Position numbers and translations under genes: made by a program. Of a stretch of 64,000 bases of DNA, positions 37,468 through 47,717 are shown one piece after another. Numbering within the stretch: position 1 is the stretch's first letter; each line of letters opens with the position of its first letter. This stretch comes from an uncultured delta proteobacterium (GTDB lineage: Bacteria > Desulfobacterota > Desulfobacteria > Desulfobacterales > SG8-13). Where the stretch lies: NCBI GenBank assembly GCA_963848135.1, contig CAWKCK010000017.1, forward strand, positions 124,001 to 188,000, read 5' to 3'. The notes beneath the pieces were generated by a model. The model was not told the origin of the DNA. It worked only from the letters and a program-made list of their open reading frames with translations, and did no database searches.

Positions 37468-38712
37468 CTATAGGGTTTTTCCAAATGCCTTGCACACCTC
37501 CAGAGCGCTTTTAACGCCGTCCTCATGGAACCCATAGCCCCAATAGGCCCCGCAGTAGTGCGTGCGATTGACACCGCTAATTTCTCTGTGACTATGCCGG
37601 GCGACAAGGCTCTCCGGATTGTACACCGGATGGTGATATGTCATCTGCTTATAGATCTTGGAAGGATCGACGACTTGGGCCAGGTTGAGTGATAAACACA
37701 ATTCCTGTGGCGCACCGATGCTTTGCAATATATTCATATCATACGTAACGGCAACACGACCGAGATCCTCTTTCGGAATATGATAATTCCAACTTGCCCA
37801 TGCCGCTTTTTTGCTGGGAAGCAAGGATTCATCAGAATGCAATACCGCAATATTTTCCTGGTATGGAATGATGCCGAGAATATTTTTCTCAGCATCCGTC
37901 GGATCCTCGAGAAGTCCTAACGCCTGGTCGCTGTGGGTCGCAATCACTACGTTATCAAATTTCTCCGCCGGTTCATTTGCCGGTTGAACTTCCACACCGT
38001 CGGCCTGACGCCGAATAGCGGCCACCGGACAACCAACACGAATGTGGTCCCGGTAAGGCTGCGTCAGCGGTTTGATGTATTGTCGTGAACCGCCCGTAAT
38101 CGTCAGCCACTGGGGCTGATCCTTGACATTCAAGAACCCGTGATTTTTAAAAAACTCCGCAAAATACCTTACGGGAAATTGATTGAACTTTACCGGGTCT
38201 GCAGACCAGATCGCCTCCCCCATTGGGATGATGAAATGCTGAACAAATCCTTGCGAATACCCTTTCTGGGTCAGATAATCCAAGAGGGTCAGATCATAGT
38301 CATTGGTTTTCAAAATTTTCTCGGCATCCTTCTTAAAGCGGTTCACGTCCCAGAGCATGCGGTAAAACGCCGGTCGCACGAGGTTCCGGCGTTGAATGAA
38401 CAGGGAATTGAGTGTGCTGGGACTGAATTCCAGGCCGGTCTTCTCGCACTGAACGCTAAAACTCATGACCGAATTCTGCCAGCGGATACCTAAACGGTTC
38501 ATCAACTTGATGAAATTCGTATAGGTTTTGGCATTGAATACGATAAAACCCGTATCCACGGGATATTGATGCCCGTTTAGCGTGACGTCTGCCGTGTTGG
38601 TGTGTCCACCGATATAATCGTTGGCTTCAAAGAGGACAACGTCATGATCCTCGCTCAACAGATAAGCGGCGGTCATTCCAGAAATCCCGGATCCGATGAC
38701 GGCTATCTTCAT
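37468..38712 (-). CDS. NAD/FAD-dependent oxidoreductase (COG2907, UfaD-like)
   Basis: MKIAVIGSGISG, GGHTNT, VDTGFIVFN, AWASWNY, YCGAYWGYGFHEDG. Confidence 0.92.
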   Translation of the reverse strand: MKIAVIGSGISGMTAAYLLSEDHDVVLFEANDYIGGHTNTADVTLNGHQYPVDTGFIVFNAKTYTNFIKLMNRLGIRWQNSVMSFSVQCEKTGLEFSPSTLNSLFIQRRNLVRPAFYRMLWDVNRFKKDAEKILKTNDYDLTLLDYLTQKGYSQGFVQHFIIPMGEAIWSADPVKFNQFPVRYFAEFFKNHGFLNVKDQPQWLTITGGSRQYIKPLTQPYRDHIRVGCPVAAIRRQADGVEVQPANEPAEKFDNVVIATHSDQALGLLEDPTDAEKNILGIIPYQENIAVLHSDESLLPSKKAAWASWNYHIPKEDLGRVAVTYDMNILQSIGAPQELCLSLNLAQVVDPSKIYKQMTYHHPVYNPESLVARHSHREISGVNRTHYCGAYWGYGFHEDGVKSALEVCKAFGKTL

Positions 38713-38743
38713 ATACCGACCTCATTTGATATAGGTGCCATTG

Positions 38744-38908
38744 CAGGCTGTTGAAAAACAACTGCGCTTGACAATACGGCGTTAATGGCTGAACCGTGGG
38801 GCCCTACCCCCGCTTCAGCGAAAATGCTCATTTATCACACATAAACTCCGCTTTTTTGCCGGATTTTGCCTTGTATTGATCTCGCTCATGACGTTTTTCA
38901 GCGCCCTG
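38744..38908. mobile_element. MITE-like element (family D) with 16-bp terminal inverted repeats
   Basis: CAGGCTGTTGAAAAAC ... GTTTTTCAGCGCCCTG (13/16 match). Confidence 0.65.
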
Positions 38909-38937
38909 TTAGGGCACTATGGGTATAATACTCTTCA

Positions 38938-39930
38938 TTAACAGCTGCTGCCGGACGATGTTTTGGCCGTTTTTTGGACATCCAAACGGTCAGAATTAAG
39001 AACATGCTCAGGAACAGGGCGAAGATCCCAAATAATACCGAACCAAGACATTAACACCAAGAGGTAATACGTGATATCGATCTCCCACCAGTAAAATCCC
39101 TGGCGGGCCGTTACCGCATAGTGATGATGGTTGTTGTGCCAGCCCTCTCCAAGGGTTATCAGTGATAATATAGCGTTGTTGCGACTGGTGTCGGGGGTAT
39201 CGTACCGCCGGGTCCCATACATGTGATCAAAGGAGTTGATTGTCACAGTGGCATGCAACAGGACGACAGTGGAAATAAAGAACCCCCAAACCACCATCTG
39301 CCAGCCGTTGGTTCCGAGCTGGGGGGCAAAACGATCGAGCAGTTCACCGAAAAAAAATAAAGAAACGGCCAGAATAATGGGCACAACCGTATCGAAACGG
39401 TTCAGCCAGCGAAGTTCAGGATATTTAACCCAGTCGTTGACGTATTTAATTTTCGTTGGAAAATTCGCTTTCGATGTCATCCAGCCGATGTGGCTCCACC
39501 AGAAACCATGACGACTGGGGGAATGAACATCCTGCTCCTGGTCCGTATACCGATGGTGATGGCGGTGATGCGCGGCCCACCATAGAGGACCGCGCTGAAC
39601 AGACGCGTTGCCCAAGATGCCGAAGGCAAACTGCCATATCCGGCTCGTCTTATACGTCTTATGCGAGAAATACCGGTGGTAAAAACCGGTTATAGCGAAC
39701 ATACGAACGAAATAAAGGGCCAGTGATACGATAACGGCGGTCCAGCTCCAGCCCACCCAAAAAACGGCCAGGCAACTGAGATGGAGGAAAAGGAGTGGTA
39801 AAATCCTTAGCCAATCCACCTTTTTCTCGTCACCTTCAGACAGGGATGCCGCGTCTGCTTCCGTGTCAAACCAGCGCAGGAGGGCGACGAGAATTGGCGA
39901 TTTCAAATTGCTTTTCTTTGCAGCAGGCAT
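38938..39930 (-). CDS. Acyl-CoA/acyl-lipid desaturase (delta-9 type)
   Basis: Three His boxes: HRYFSH, HHRHHH, HNNHH; DVHSP, GEGWHNNHH. Start uncertain (39930-39987). Confidence 0.93.
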   Translation of the reverse strand: MPAAKKSNLKSPILVALLRWFDTEADAASLSEGDEKKVDWLRILPLLFLHLSCLAVFWVGWSWTAVIVSLALYFVRMFAITGFYHRYFSHKTYKTSRIWQFAFGILGNASVQRGPLWWAAHHRHHHRYTDQEQDVHSPSRHGFWWSHIGWMTSKANFPTKIKYVNDWVKYPELRWLNRFDTVVPIILAVSLFFFGELLDRFAPQLGTNGWQMVVWGFFISTVVLLHATVTINSFDHMYGTRRYDTPDTSRNNAILSLITLGEGWHNNHHHYAVTARQGFYWWEIDITYYLLVLMSWFGIIWDLRPVPEHVLNSDRLDVQKTAKTSSGSSC

Positions 39931-40150
39931 TTTGAGACAGGCATCCTCCATCGTAATTTCGATTGAGATAACCATGAAATCGAACAAAAATCAACGAATC
40001 GAAGAATTATTATAAGGAAACTTTACAAGCAGCGCAAAAACGAATAAATTCCTCGCTTAGAAATATTTTTCGCATTCAAGCGATTGTCCATGCGAAGCTG
40101 ATCACGATATCGCTTCTATGACCTGAGACGACGGAAAGGAGGGGCAAAAA

Positions 40151-41047
40151 GTGGGAACCCGCAAAAAAAGTGACTGTGCTGAATCGCTGAATCTTTCTGA
40201 CGCATTGGCCCGAACAGTATTAAACTCCATGTCCGCGCATATCGCCATCATCGACGAACGCGGTGTCATTTTAGAAACCAATACGGCCTGGCGCACATAC
40301 GCGATTCGAAACGGTATGCCGGAAACTTACGACGGCAAAGGGGTCAACTACCTCGCCGTTTGTGAGGCAACCCTGGGGTCTGATGCCGAAGACGCCGCTG
40401 CGGTCGCCCAAGGAATCCGCGCCGTTATCAGCGGCGATCGAAAAGAGTTCCTTTATGATTATCCCTGCCATTCCGAGGATGGCCCCCATTGGTATTACAT
40501 GCGTACCATCCGGATGTCCGGCAGTGGCCCCATAAAGGTTGTCATCAGCCACGAGGAGATTACCGCTTTGAAACTGGCCGAAGAAGCGTTGAAGAAAAGC
40601 CAGGAAGAGCTTTTCGAACAAAAACAAAGCCTGGAGGAAACCAACATAGCGCTCAAAGTGCTCCTGAAGCAGCGCGAAGAGGACAAGTACGAACTCGAGA
40701 AAAAAGTCCTGACCAATGTCAAAGACCTGGTTTTACCTTACGTTGAAAAACTAAAAAATGCGCGATTGAAACCCAAAGAAAAAACCCTGGTGCAAATAGT
40801 CGAAGACCACCTGAACGACGTTATTTCCCCCCTGCTCCAATCATTTACCAATGCGAAAATCCTGTTGACACCCCAGGAGATGCAGGTGGCCAGCCTGGTC
40901 AAGGATGGCAAAACCAGCAAGGAAATCGCCAACATTCTCAATGTTGCCGAAACCACGGTCAATTTTCACAGAAAAAATCTGCGTCAAAAATTCGGCCTGA
41001 CTAACAAACAATCAAATCTCAGGTCCTATTTGATGTCAATCTCATAG
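40151..41047 (+). CDS. PAS domain / LuxR-type HTH transcriptional regulator
   Basis: VLNSMSAHIAIIDERGVI PAS with YDYPCHS; coiled coil LEETNIALKVLL; LTPQEMQVA...TSKEIA...TVNFHRKNLRQKFG. Confidence 0.92.
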   Translation: MGTRKKSDCAESLNLSDALARTVLNSMSAHIAIIDERGVILETNTAWRTYAIRNGMPETYDGKGVNYLAVCEATLGSDAEDAAAVAQGIRAVISGDRKEFLYDYPCHSEDGPHWYYMRTIRMSGSGPIKVVISHEEITALKLAEEALKKSQEELFEQKQSLEETNIALKVLLKQREEDKYELEKKVLTNVKDLVLPYVEKLKNARLKPKEKTLVQIVEDHLNDVISPLLQSFTNAKILLTPQEMQVASLVKDGKTSKEIANILNVAETTVNFHRKNLRQKFGLTNKQSNLRSYLMSIS

Positions 41048-41237
41048 CCCGCCGTCTATAAACTGTTTCAATAGGTATTTCCTGCCATAAAACCCAGATA
41101 ACACTCTTATTGCGCCTCGATCCCACATGGTTAAGTTTAAGCTCAAAGGATTAAAACTCATCCGTAGAATTAATGACTCAGTATCTTAGGCGTGCGGTAG
41201 CATTATAAATTTCAGCCGCAAGAATAGAGGGGGCTCT

Positions 41238-42448
41238 ATGAACAAAATAGATTCAGACAGTCTTGTCGATATCATTTTCAACCTTCGGTGGAAAAGTGAT
41301 TCGGGATATCACACAGACTGCTACCAAGGCAACAATGTCAACATTTGGCGAGACTATTTCCCACCGGGTTTACTCGATACACTTCTGGGCAAGACCGCCG
41401 GGGAACGTGTGGAGTTATCACTATCGGATGCAGATTCGGTTCCCGGATTCGATACGAGAAAACTGCTGACCGTAAAAAGGGAACAGTTCCTGAGTCAGAC
41501 CGGAACATCTTGAATCCCTTCAACCTCAGCTCGGACGATTTTATCCCAAGGGATGGCTCAAGGATGTCAGTGGGATCTACACGGCCAACATTCAACCCTT
41601 TCGATGTGTCGGGGTAAATAACGGGAATATGACCATCGATCTTAATCATCCGATTGCGGGCAAAAGTATCAAACTGTCCTGTTTGATCGGTAAAGTGGAA
41701 AAAAAGAAAGTAGAACGGGGCGGAACCAGCATAGACTGGATCGAAACGCTCACCGATGGACCAGGCATGCAGGCGCGATGGCAAAACCGGGCCACCGATT
41801 TTTTCACTGAAGAGGCCTTCGCCCGCAAGGATGAGCGGTCGGATGACAGGTTCTACGAATACGCCCCGTTTTGTTCAACACATAGACGATACCGCCATTG
41901 AAATGGTGCGAAACACCTACGGCCGCTTTCTCACCAGTGGTATGCGCGTGCTGGATCTTATGAGCAGCTGGCAATCTCATGTGCCCCCGAACGTTCGGCT
42001 GGAAAGCCTTGACGGGCTGGGACTGAACTCAGAAGAGTTAAAAAGAAACAAACAACTCACTCGGCACGTCGTACAGGATCTCAATACCAACAAAAGCTTA
42101 CCCTACAAGACCAATACCTTTGACGTGGTTTTGAACACGGTGTCTGTTGAATATTTAACGGATCCTATTACTATCTTTAAGGAAGTCGGGCGTGTTCTGC
42201 GTCCGGATGGACATTTTGTCATCACCTTTTCAAACCGCTGGTTTCCGCCCAAAGCGATTAAAGTCTGGGAAGAACTGCACGAGTTTGAACGCATGGGGCT
42301 TGTCTTGGAGTATTTCATGCGCTCCGGATATTTCACAGGGTTGAATACCTATTCGATTCGGGGATTACCCCGGCCGCATGATGATAAATATTTTCCGGAT
42401 TTGCGGTTCTCAGATCCAATTTTTGCCGTTTGGGGACAAAAAAAATAA
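41238..42448 (+). CDS. FKBP/SlyD-like domain fused to class I SAM methyltransferase (type 11); two frameshifts (~41495, ~41860)
   Basis: Reconstructed across frames: ...GRFYPKGWL...MTIDLNHPIAGKSI...DDRFYE/TPRFVQHID...VLDLMSSWQSH...FSNRWFPPKA. Confidence 0.8.
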
Positions 42449-42481
42449 CCCTGAGCATGCCGGTATATTTGCCAGGCTAAT

Positions 42482-42638
42482 TAGTGCCCATCCATAACTG
42501 GCCTTTTTTACGCTGGGCCCCGCCATGGCGGGATTATGCGCAGGTTTCCGGCTGCGACGTACATAAAGTACGCCATGCCGCAAACCTTTGTGCAGCCTTT
42601 CCCAGCGAAAAAAAGTCTCATTTATGAATTGGGCACTC
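42482..42638 (-). mobile_element. MITE/REP-like family A, full copy
   Basis: Imperfect TIRs TAGTGCCCATCCATAAC / TTTATGAATTGGGCACTC; internal palindrome CCCGCCATGGCGGG; inverted relative to 52027-52182. Confidence 0.85.
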
Positions 42639-42696
42639 AATCATGCCATCTATTTTCGCGGATGGGCGCTGACTAAAGTTAAAGGGGAATTGTTGG

Positions 42697-43230
42697 ATGT
42701 TGCGCAAAACGGTCGTAATGGCACTCGCAGCCATATCACTATTCAGCTGTACCGGAGTTCCGGGAGATCTAAAACCAGTACAAGACTTTGAGCTCGAACG
42801 GTATTTGGGCAAATGGTATGAAATCGCCCGCTTGGATCACAAATTCGAACGCAACATGAACAACGTCAGCGCGACATACATTGCCAGCGAATCGGGTGAA
42901 ATACAGGTCGTCAACAGAGGTTATGACGCCAAAAGCGGGGAATGGAAATCCATACAGGGTGTGGCACGACCGGTTGGCAACGAAAATACCGGCAGCCTCA
43001 AAGTATCATTCTTTGGACCATTTTATGGCGGCTATCACATCGTCGATCTTGACCAGGAGAAATACAGGTATGCGATGGTCGTTGGGCCCAGTCGATCTTA
43101 TTTCTGGATTTTATCCCGAAATAAAGAAATGGATGAGGCGTTATTAGATCAACTTCTCACAAGGGCAGCCGGGATGGGCATCGACACCAAAAAGATCATT
43201 CTGGTCGAGCAGAGTTTGCCAGAGGGGTGA
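42697..43230 (+). CDS. blc: Outer-membrane lipocalin (Blc family)
   Basis: Lipobox LFSC; FELERYLGKWYEIARLDH, LKVSFFGPFYGGY, YFWILSR. Confidence 0.93.
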   Translation: MLRKTVVMALAAISLFSCTGVPGDLKPVQDFELERYLGKWYEIARLDHKFERNMNNVSATYIASESGEIQVVNRGYDAKSGEWKSIQGVARPVGNENTGSLKVSFFGPFYGGYHIVDLDQEKYRYAMVVGPSRSYFWILSRNKEMDEALLDQLLTRAAGMGIDTKKIILVEQSLPEG

Positions 43231-43242
43231 AAGGTAATTTCA

Positions 43243-43644
43243 ATGAACCGAGTTGGCGAATCAAAAGAGAGAAAACCTCATACATTGAGTCCTTGTTCAA
43301 AGAAACCCAATTGCGTGTCTTCCATAAATCCAGAGAAAGGCCGCTTCGTTGAGCCACTGCAATATTCCGGAAGCACAAAAGCGACGAAAGCAAACCTCAT
43401 GAAAGTGATCGATTCTCTGAAAAACGCTCGGATCGTTACATCCGATGAGAATTTCATTCATGTGGAATTTGTGTCACCGTTATTCAAATTTGTCGACGAC
43501 GTTGAGTTTCTTTTAGAGGACAGCTCGCAAACGGTCCAATTAAAATCGGCTTCGCGCGTGGGATCCTATGACTTTGGAGCCAACCGCAAAAGGATGGATC
43601 TGATACGTGATCTCTATGAAGAAGGGATCAAAAACGGAGAATGA
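43243..43644 (+). CDS. DUF1499 family protein
   Basis: LSPCSKKPNCVSS, FKFVDDVEF, SASRVGSYDFGANRKR. Confidence 0.9.
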   Translation: MNRVGESKERKPHTLSPCSKKPNCVSSINPEKGRFVEPLQYSGSTKATKANLMKVIDSLKNARIVTSDENFIHVEFVSPLFKFVDDVEFLLEDSSQTVQLKSASRVGSYDFGANRKRMDLIRDLYEEGIKNGE

Positions 43645-44693
43645 CTATCGATCCCGTCGTCACCATAGGGTTCTCGCTGCACAGGCCGGAAATGGTTCCT
43701 CTAATTTCCAAATACATGCAGACTCACGAAGCACTGTTTTTGGAAGAGCCGCCAACGATCGATTTTAGCCGTATGATGACGGGCCATTTGACAGTGGAAG
43801 ATTACTTGATGACGATCGATACAGAATACCCTCAGTTTACAAGGATTATGTGTTCCGCCCTGCGCAAATTTGAGTCAAAAGGGAAGAAGGTTTTTCAAGT
43901 TGAACCGTATCTGGAAAGCCTCATTTCATTACACGAATTTTTTGCCGATGGATTCGGTCCCGAAGATATCGGGATGAACACCCTGATGTACCCGGTGTAT
44001 CTGGCCGAAAAAAATGCAACCGGTGCGCTGCTCGCTTACTACCAGGTCGCCGCGGGCGGATCATATGAGTCGACCGTCGATGCTGTTAAGCGTTTTGCCC
44101 GCGCGGACGCAGCGCGGTTTCGATTGCGAGACACATTGAGATCCCAGGCATTGTCCTCTGAACTCGAAAACTTTATGTCATCGTTTATCGAGGCCGGCGT
44201 GATGCACTATCAATTGAAGCGTCTCCTTCAGCGAGAAGCCTCTCAGCCAACGCCGGTGCGGTCTGTATTCTTGGCCGATGACGTCTTAAAAAGCATGGGA
44301 CAGAGTGGGCATCTCTACGGACCCGGGGATCAACTGACGCTGCTTTACATATTTCATCCTGAGATGGACGATTCGGAACAGGAATGTCGCCTCGCCGCCA
44401 GAGCGTTGATTTATTCTAAAATCGTTATAAAAGAAGAATTACGTGCGGATGAGGTGCCCTACCCGCATCTTCAGGATGAGTTGCTCTGTATCGAAGCCAC
44501 GCGCAGCCTTTCAGCAAATGCCTGCCGCCGGTTGTTTGCACGGATTCGCGGTGTCAAAACACCTGAGGCACGCCGAATTGTCGGTGAATTCGTTATGGAT
44601 ACCAATCCGCGCGCGGGACAGAAACTTAAAAAGTGGGCGCCGTCGTATTTTAAAAGTGAGGACAATGCCACCCATGATGCCACAACACTTTGA
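43641..44693 (+). CDS. Hypothetical protein
   Basis: 350-aa ORF with ATGA overlap with the DUF1499 gene. Confidence 0.75.
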   Translation: MTIDPVVTIGFSLHRPEMVPLISKYMQTHEALFLEEPPTIDFSRMMTGHLTVEDYLMTIDTEYPQFTRIMCSALRKFESKGKKVFQVEPYLESLISLHEFFADGFGPEDIGMNTLMYPVYLAEKNATGALLAYYQVAAGGSYESTVDAVKRFARADAARFRLRDTLRSQALSSELENFMSSFIEAGVMHYQLKRLLQREASQPTPVRSVFLADDVLKSMGQSGHLYGPGDQLTLLYIFHPEMDDSEQECRLAARALIYSKIVIKEELRADEVPYPHLQDELLCIEATRSLSANACRRLFARIRGVKTPEARRIVGEFVMDTNPRAGQKLKKWAPSYFKSEDNATHDATTL

Positions 44694-45084
44694 TGTTGGG
44701 TCGGATCTGCCACCGATGCCATTTGACGAGCATATCTGCCGCTTGGCGCGGGAGATCAAAGAACTCGGTTTGGCTTGGGAACCTCATGTGGGGTGTTTTG
44801 TCTGGGATCCGGATCATCACATTCAACCCGACTCCCCTTTTCCGGGCCGAATCTATTTTATCTTGAGCCTACCACGGTTTGTCGACCTTTTGGGCAGTAT
44901 AGCGGCCATTTCCGAAAATCTGGTGTGGCTCCCAACCTGGCATCAAGCCCGACTGCTTTGCCAACAGTTGGGCATCGCCGATGCCGATTTTGCAAAAGGC
45001 TGGCAAAAGAAAGATGGTTTTCCCCCTTGTGAGGATCTTACGCATGTTTATCTTTTGATCATCGAAATTTTGCGAAACCGATAG
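44665..45084 (+). CDS. Hypothetical protein
   Basis: GAGG RBS before ATG 44665; WEPHVGCFVWD...LVWLPTWHQAR. Confidence 0.7.
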   Translation: MPPMMPQHFDVGSDLPPMPFDEHICRLAREIKELGLAWEPHVGCFVWDPDHHIQPDSPFPGRIYFILSLPRFVDLLGSIAAISENLVWLPTWHQARLLCQQLGIADADFAKGWQKKDGFPPCEDLTHVYLLIIEILRNR

Positions 45085-45214
45085 ACAAATGGAAGGCCTT
45101 CCGTGAGGGACATTTAAAGAAGAGTATGCTGAATGACAACCACTCCGTTATCGTAAAATATTTCGATTAAGTGAGAGGTTCAAACAAACCCATTAGACCG
45201 AAAGTGAGGAAATT

Positions 45215-45439
45215 ATGAATAGAACCGATTGTGACAATGAACGATTCTCTAGCAAGACCGTGGGCATCGTAATTATCGTTGTATCATTGCTTCTGCTGAC
45301 GGTGGGTCTTGTCGTGCTGCCGGTGGTGGGTTTTATCTTTGCCATACCCCTGTTGGTTCTCGGCATTGGGATGATCCTTGCGCCTGAAAGCAAGACCTGC
45401 CGATTGATTATGGACGGGTTGCGGACCAAAAAAACATAA
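45215..45439 (+). CDS. Small two-helix membrane protein
   Basis: GAGGA RBS; hydrophobic hairpin. Confidence 0.7.
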   Translation: MNRTDCDNERFSSKTVGIVIIVVSLLLLTVGLVVLPVVGFIFAIPLLVLGIGMILAPESKTCRLIMDGLRTKKT

Positions 45440-45531
45440 TTCGGAAATAAGGCAGAATGGCCTTCATCTGGTTATGCACGCCACTTTTGAAGGACTTCGA
45501 AACACTATATGAACGGCCGTGATAATCATTC

Positions 45532-46788
45532 ATGCATCCAGACATAGTAGACGTTATTATCGTCGGAGGCGGTCTGGCGGGTTTGAGTTGCGCACGTCAC
45601 CTGCAGAATAACGGCGCAGACTTTCTCGTCGTCGAGGCGTCCGAGCGCGTTGGTGGACGGGTGAAGACGGACCGCCTCGATGGCTTTTTGCTCGATCGCG
45701 GTTTTCAGGTCTTGCAGACAGCCTACCCGATCGCCCGCAAGGTCCTGAATAAATATCCTTTGCAGCTGAAATCTTTCCCCCCTGGTGTAATCGTTCATCG
45801 CGCCAATCGATTTTACACTCTGGCGGACCCTCGCCGATGCCCCAAATATTTTTGGGAAACGCTGACGGCACCTATCGGTACGATTGCGGATCGCTTGCGG
45901 ATGTTGCATCTGGCACGAAAAGTCTGCAGCGGATCGCCTGAAAGCCTGTTTAGGAAGCCCGAATCAAGCGCCATGGCGTTTTTAAAGGCCAGCGGTTTTT
46001 CCGAAAAGATCATCCGCTCCTTTTTTGTTCCTTTTTTTGGCGGTGTTTGTCTGGATCCTCAGATTCGAGCCTCCAGCCGGGTGTTTCAATATGTGTTTCG
46101 GATGTTTGCCACGGGTGATGCCGCTCTGCCGGAAAAGGGAATGGAAGAAATTCCCCGGCAATTGTCCCGGGCGATACCGCCGGAACGAATCCAAACCGGT
46201 GTGCGTGTAAACCGGGTGGAGCATGGAAGGGTTGTACTGGAAAACGGTTACGTGTGGCGTACGCGAGCGATTGTCCTGGCGACGGAAGGGCCGGAAGTAG
46301 AGCGTCTACTGGGCAGATCCTATCCAAAAGACTCTGTCAGCGAAACTTGTCTTTACTTTTCCACTAAGAAGCAGCCAATTAAGGAACCTTTCCTCGTTAT
46401 CAACGGCGACGGCAAAGGACCGATCAATAATGTCGCTTTTCCCAGTATGGTCTCACCAGCTTACGCACCGGAAGGAAAGCACCTTATTTCCGTTGTGGTA
46501 TTGGGGCTGCCATCCGGTGACGCTGCCGGTTTAGAATCCCCGGTTCGTGCCCAGTTGGCCGAATGGTTTGGACCGATGGTACTTAAGTGGCGACATTTGA
46601 AAACCTACCGCATACGACATGCGCTACCGAACCAGCAGCCACCGACAACAGACCCGAACATGCCTCAACCAGCAGTTAAACCCGGCCTCTATGTTTGTGG
46701 TGAATACGGGAGTCTCCCCGGTATCCAGTGGGCGATGCTTTCGGGGCGCCGCGCGGCCGAAACCGCGATTGATGACCTCAAACGCTGA
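45532..46788 (+). CDS. FAD-dependent oxidoreductase (amine oxidase/phytoene dehydrogenase-like)
   Basis: VIIVGGGLAGL, EASERVGGRVKTD, LLDRGFQVL, AMLSGRRAA. Confidence 0.9.
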   Translation: MHPDIVDVIIVGGGLAGLSCARHLQNNGADFLVVEASERVGGRVKTDRLDGFLLDRGFQVLQTAYPIARKVLNKYPLQLKSFPPGVIVHRANRFYTLADPRRCPKYFWETLTAPIGTIADRLRMLHLARKVCSGSPESLFRKPESSAMAFLKASGFSEKIIRSFFVPFFGGVCLDPQIRASSRVFQYVFRMFATGDAALPEKGMEEIPRQLSRAIPPERIQTGVRVNRVEHGRVVLENGYVWRTRAIVLATEGPEVERLLGRSYPKDSVSETCLYFSTKKQPIKEPFLVINGDGKGPINNVAFPSMVSPAYAPEGKHLISVVVLGLPSGDAAGLESPVRAQLAEWFGPMVLKWRHLKTYRIRHALPNQQPPTTDPNMPQPAVKPGLYVCGEYGSLPGIQWAMLSGRRAAETAIDDLKR

Positions 46789-46906
46789 CGTTTCCTTTCG
46801 TCGGGGGCCTTGATCTTGCCCTCAGGCAGATATGAAACCCCTAGCCCGCATCCAACCGAGAGAATTGGCGAAAAAGTGCCATCAACCGTTCTTGGACGGC
46901 AAAGCA

Positions 46907-47638
46907 CTACTTAAATGTACGCACAGCGCCCATGCCACCGTCAACGGAGATGATCTGGCCGGTTATCCAGGATCCCGTATCGTTCAGCAAAAAATGAGCG
47001 ATGTCAGCGAGTTCGCGGGCAGTGCCGGTTCGCTTGAGGGGATGACGGTCTGCTGCTGCGGTCCGCTTGGCGTCGTCGGCCAGCAAAGCTTTGGATAGCG
47101 GCGTGTCGGTCAAAGAAGGCGCAACCGCATTGACGCGAATTCGTGGCGCCAGTTCGGCGGCCAGTGAGCGAGTCAACCCCTCCACCGCCCCCTTGGCACT
47201 CGCAATCGACGCGTGAAACGGCATGCCAGTCCTAACGGCCACAGTACTGAACAGTACGATCGCCGTCGACTGGTCGGCCTTTTTCAGCAAGCTTAAACAG
47301 CCTTTTATCGCCGCGACCGCTCCCAAAAGGTTGATGCGGTAATCTTCCAGAAAATCATCAGCTGTCAATCGCGCAAAAGGCCGCAATCGGATGCTTCCGG
47401 GGCAATAAGCCAGTCCATTGATTTGATCGGGCAACGCCTCGGATGGAAATTCGTCCTTGGTAACATCGAAAGGGACGTGCCGAGCTCCGGACAGTTCGGT
47501 CAAATGTCCGGGAGTGCGCGATAAAACGGTCACTGGGTGGCCATCATCGACCAGCCTGCGGGTGAGTTCGAAACCGATTCCTGAACTGCCCCCCACGACA
47601 ATGAAATTTTTCGATTCAGTCATTTTTTCTCTACTCAT
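46907..47638 (-). CDS. Short-chain dehydrogenase/reductase
   Basis: GGSSGIG, HASIASAKGA, RVNAVAPS, WITGQIISVDGG. Confidence 0.92.
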   Translation of the reverse strand: MSREKMTESKNFIVVGGSSGIGFELTRRLVDDGHPVTVLSRTPGHLTELSGARHVPFDVTKDEFPSEALPDQINGLAYCPGSIRLRPFARLTADDFLEDYRINLLGAVAAIKGCLSLLKKADQSTAIVLFSTVAVRTGMPFHASIASAKGAVEGLTRSLAAELAPRIRVNAVAPSLTDTPLSKALLADDAKRTAAADRHPLKRTGTARELADIAHFLLNDTGSWITGQIISVDGGMGAVRTFK

Positions 47639-47717
47639 TTTTTATACTATGGCTCCATACCGATACACCGATAACGAGATTTATGTTTCGCTCCAATAAC
47701 GTGCAAAGAAATAAACT

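Noticed and set aside
40151..41047. LOV blue-light sensor
   Set aside because: The PAS domain lacks GxNCRFLQ.
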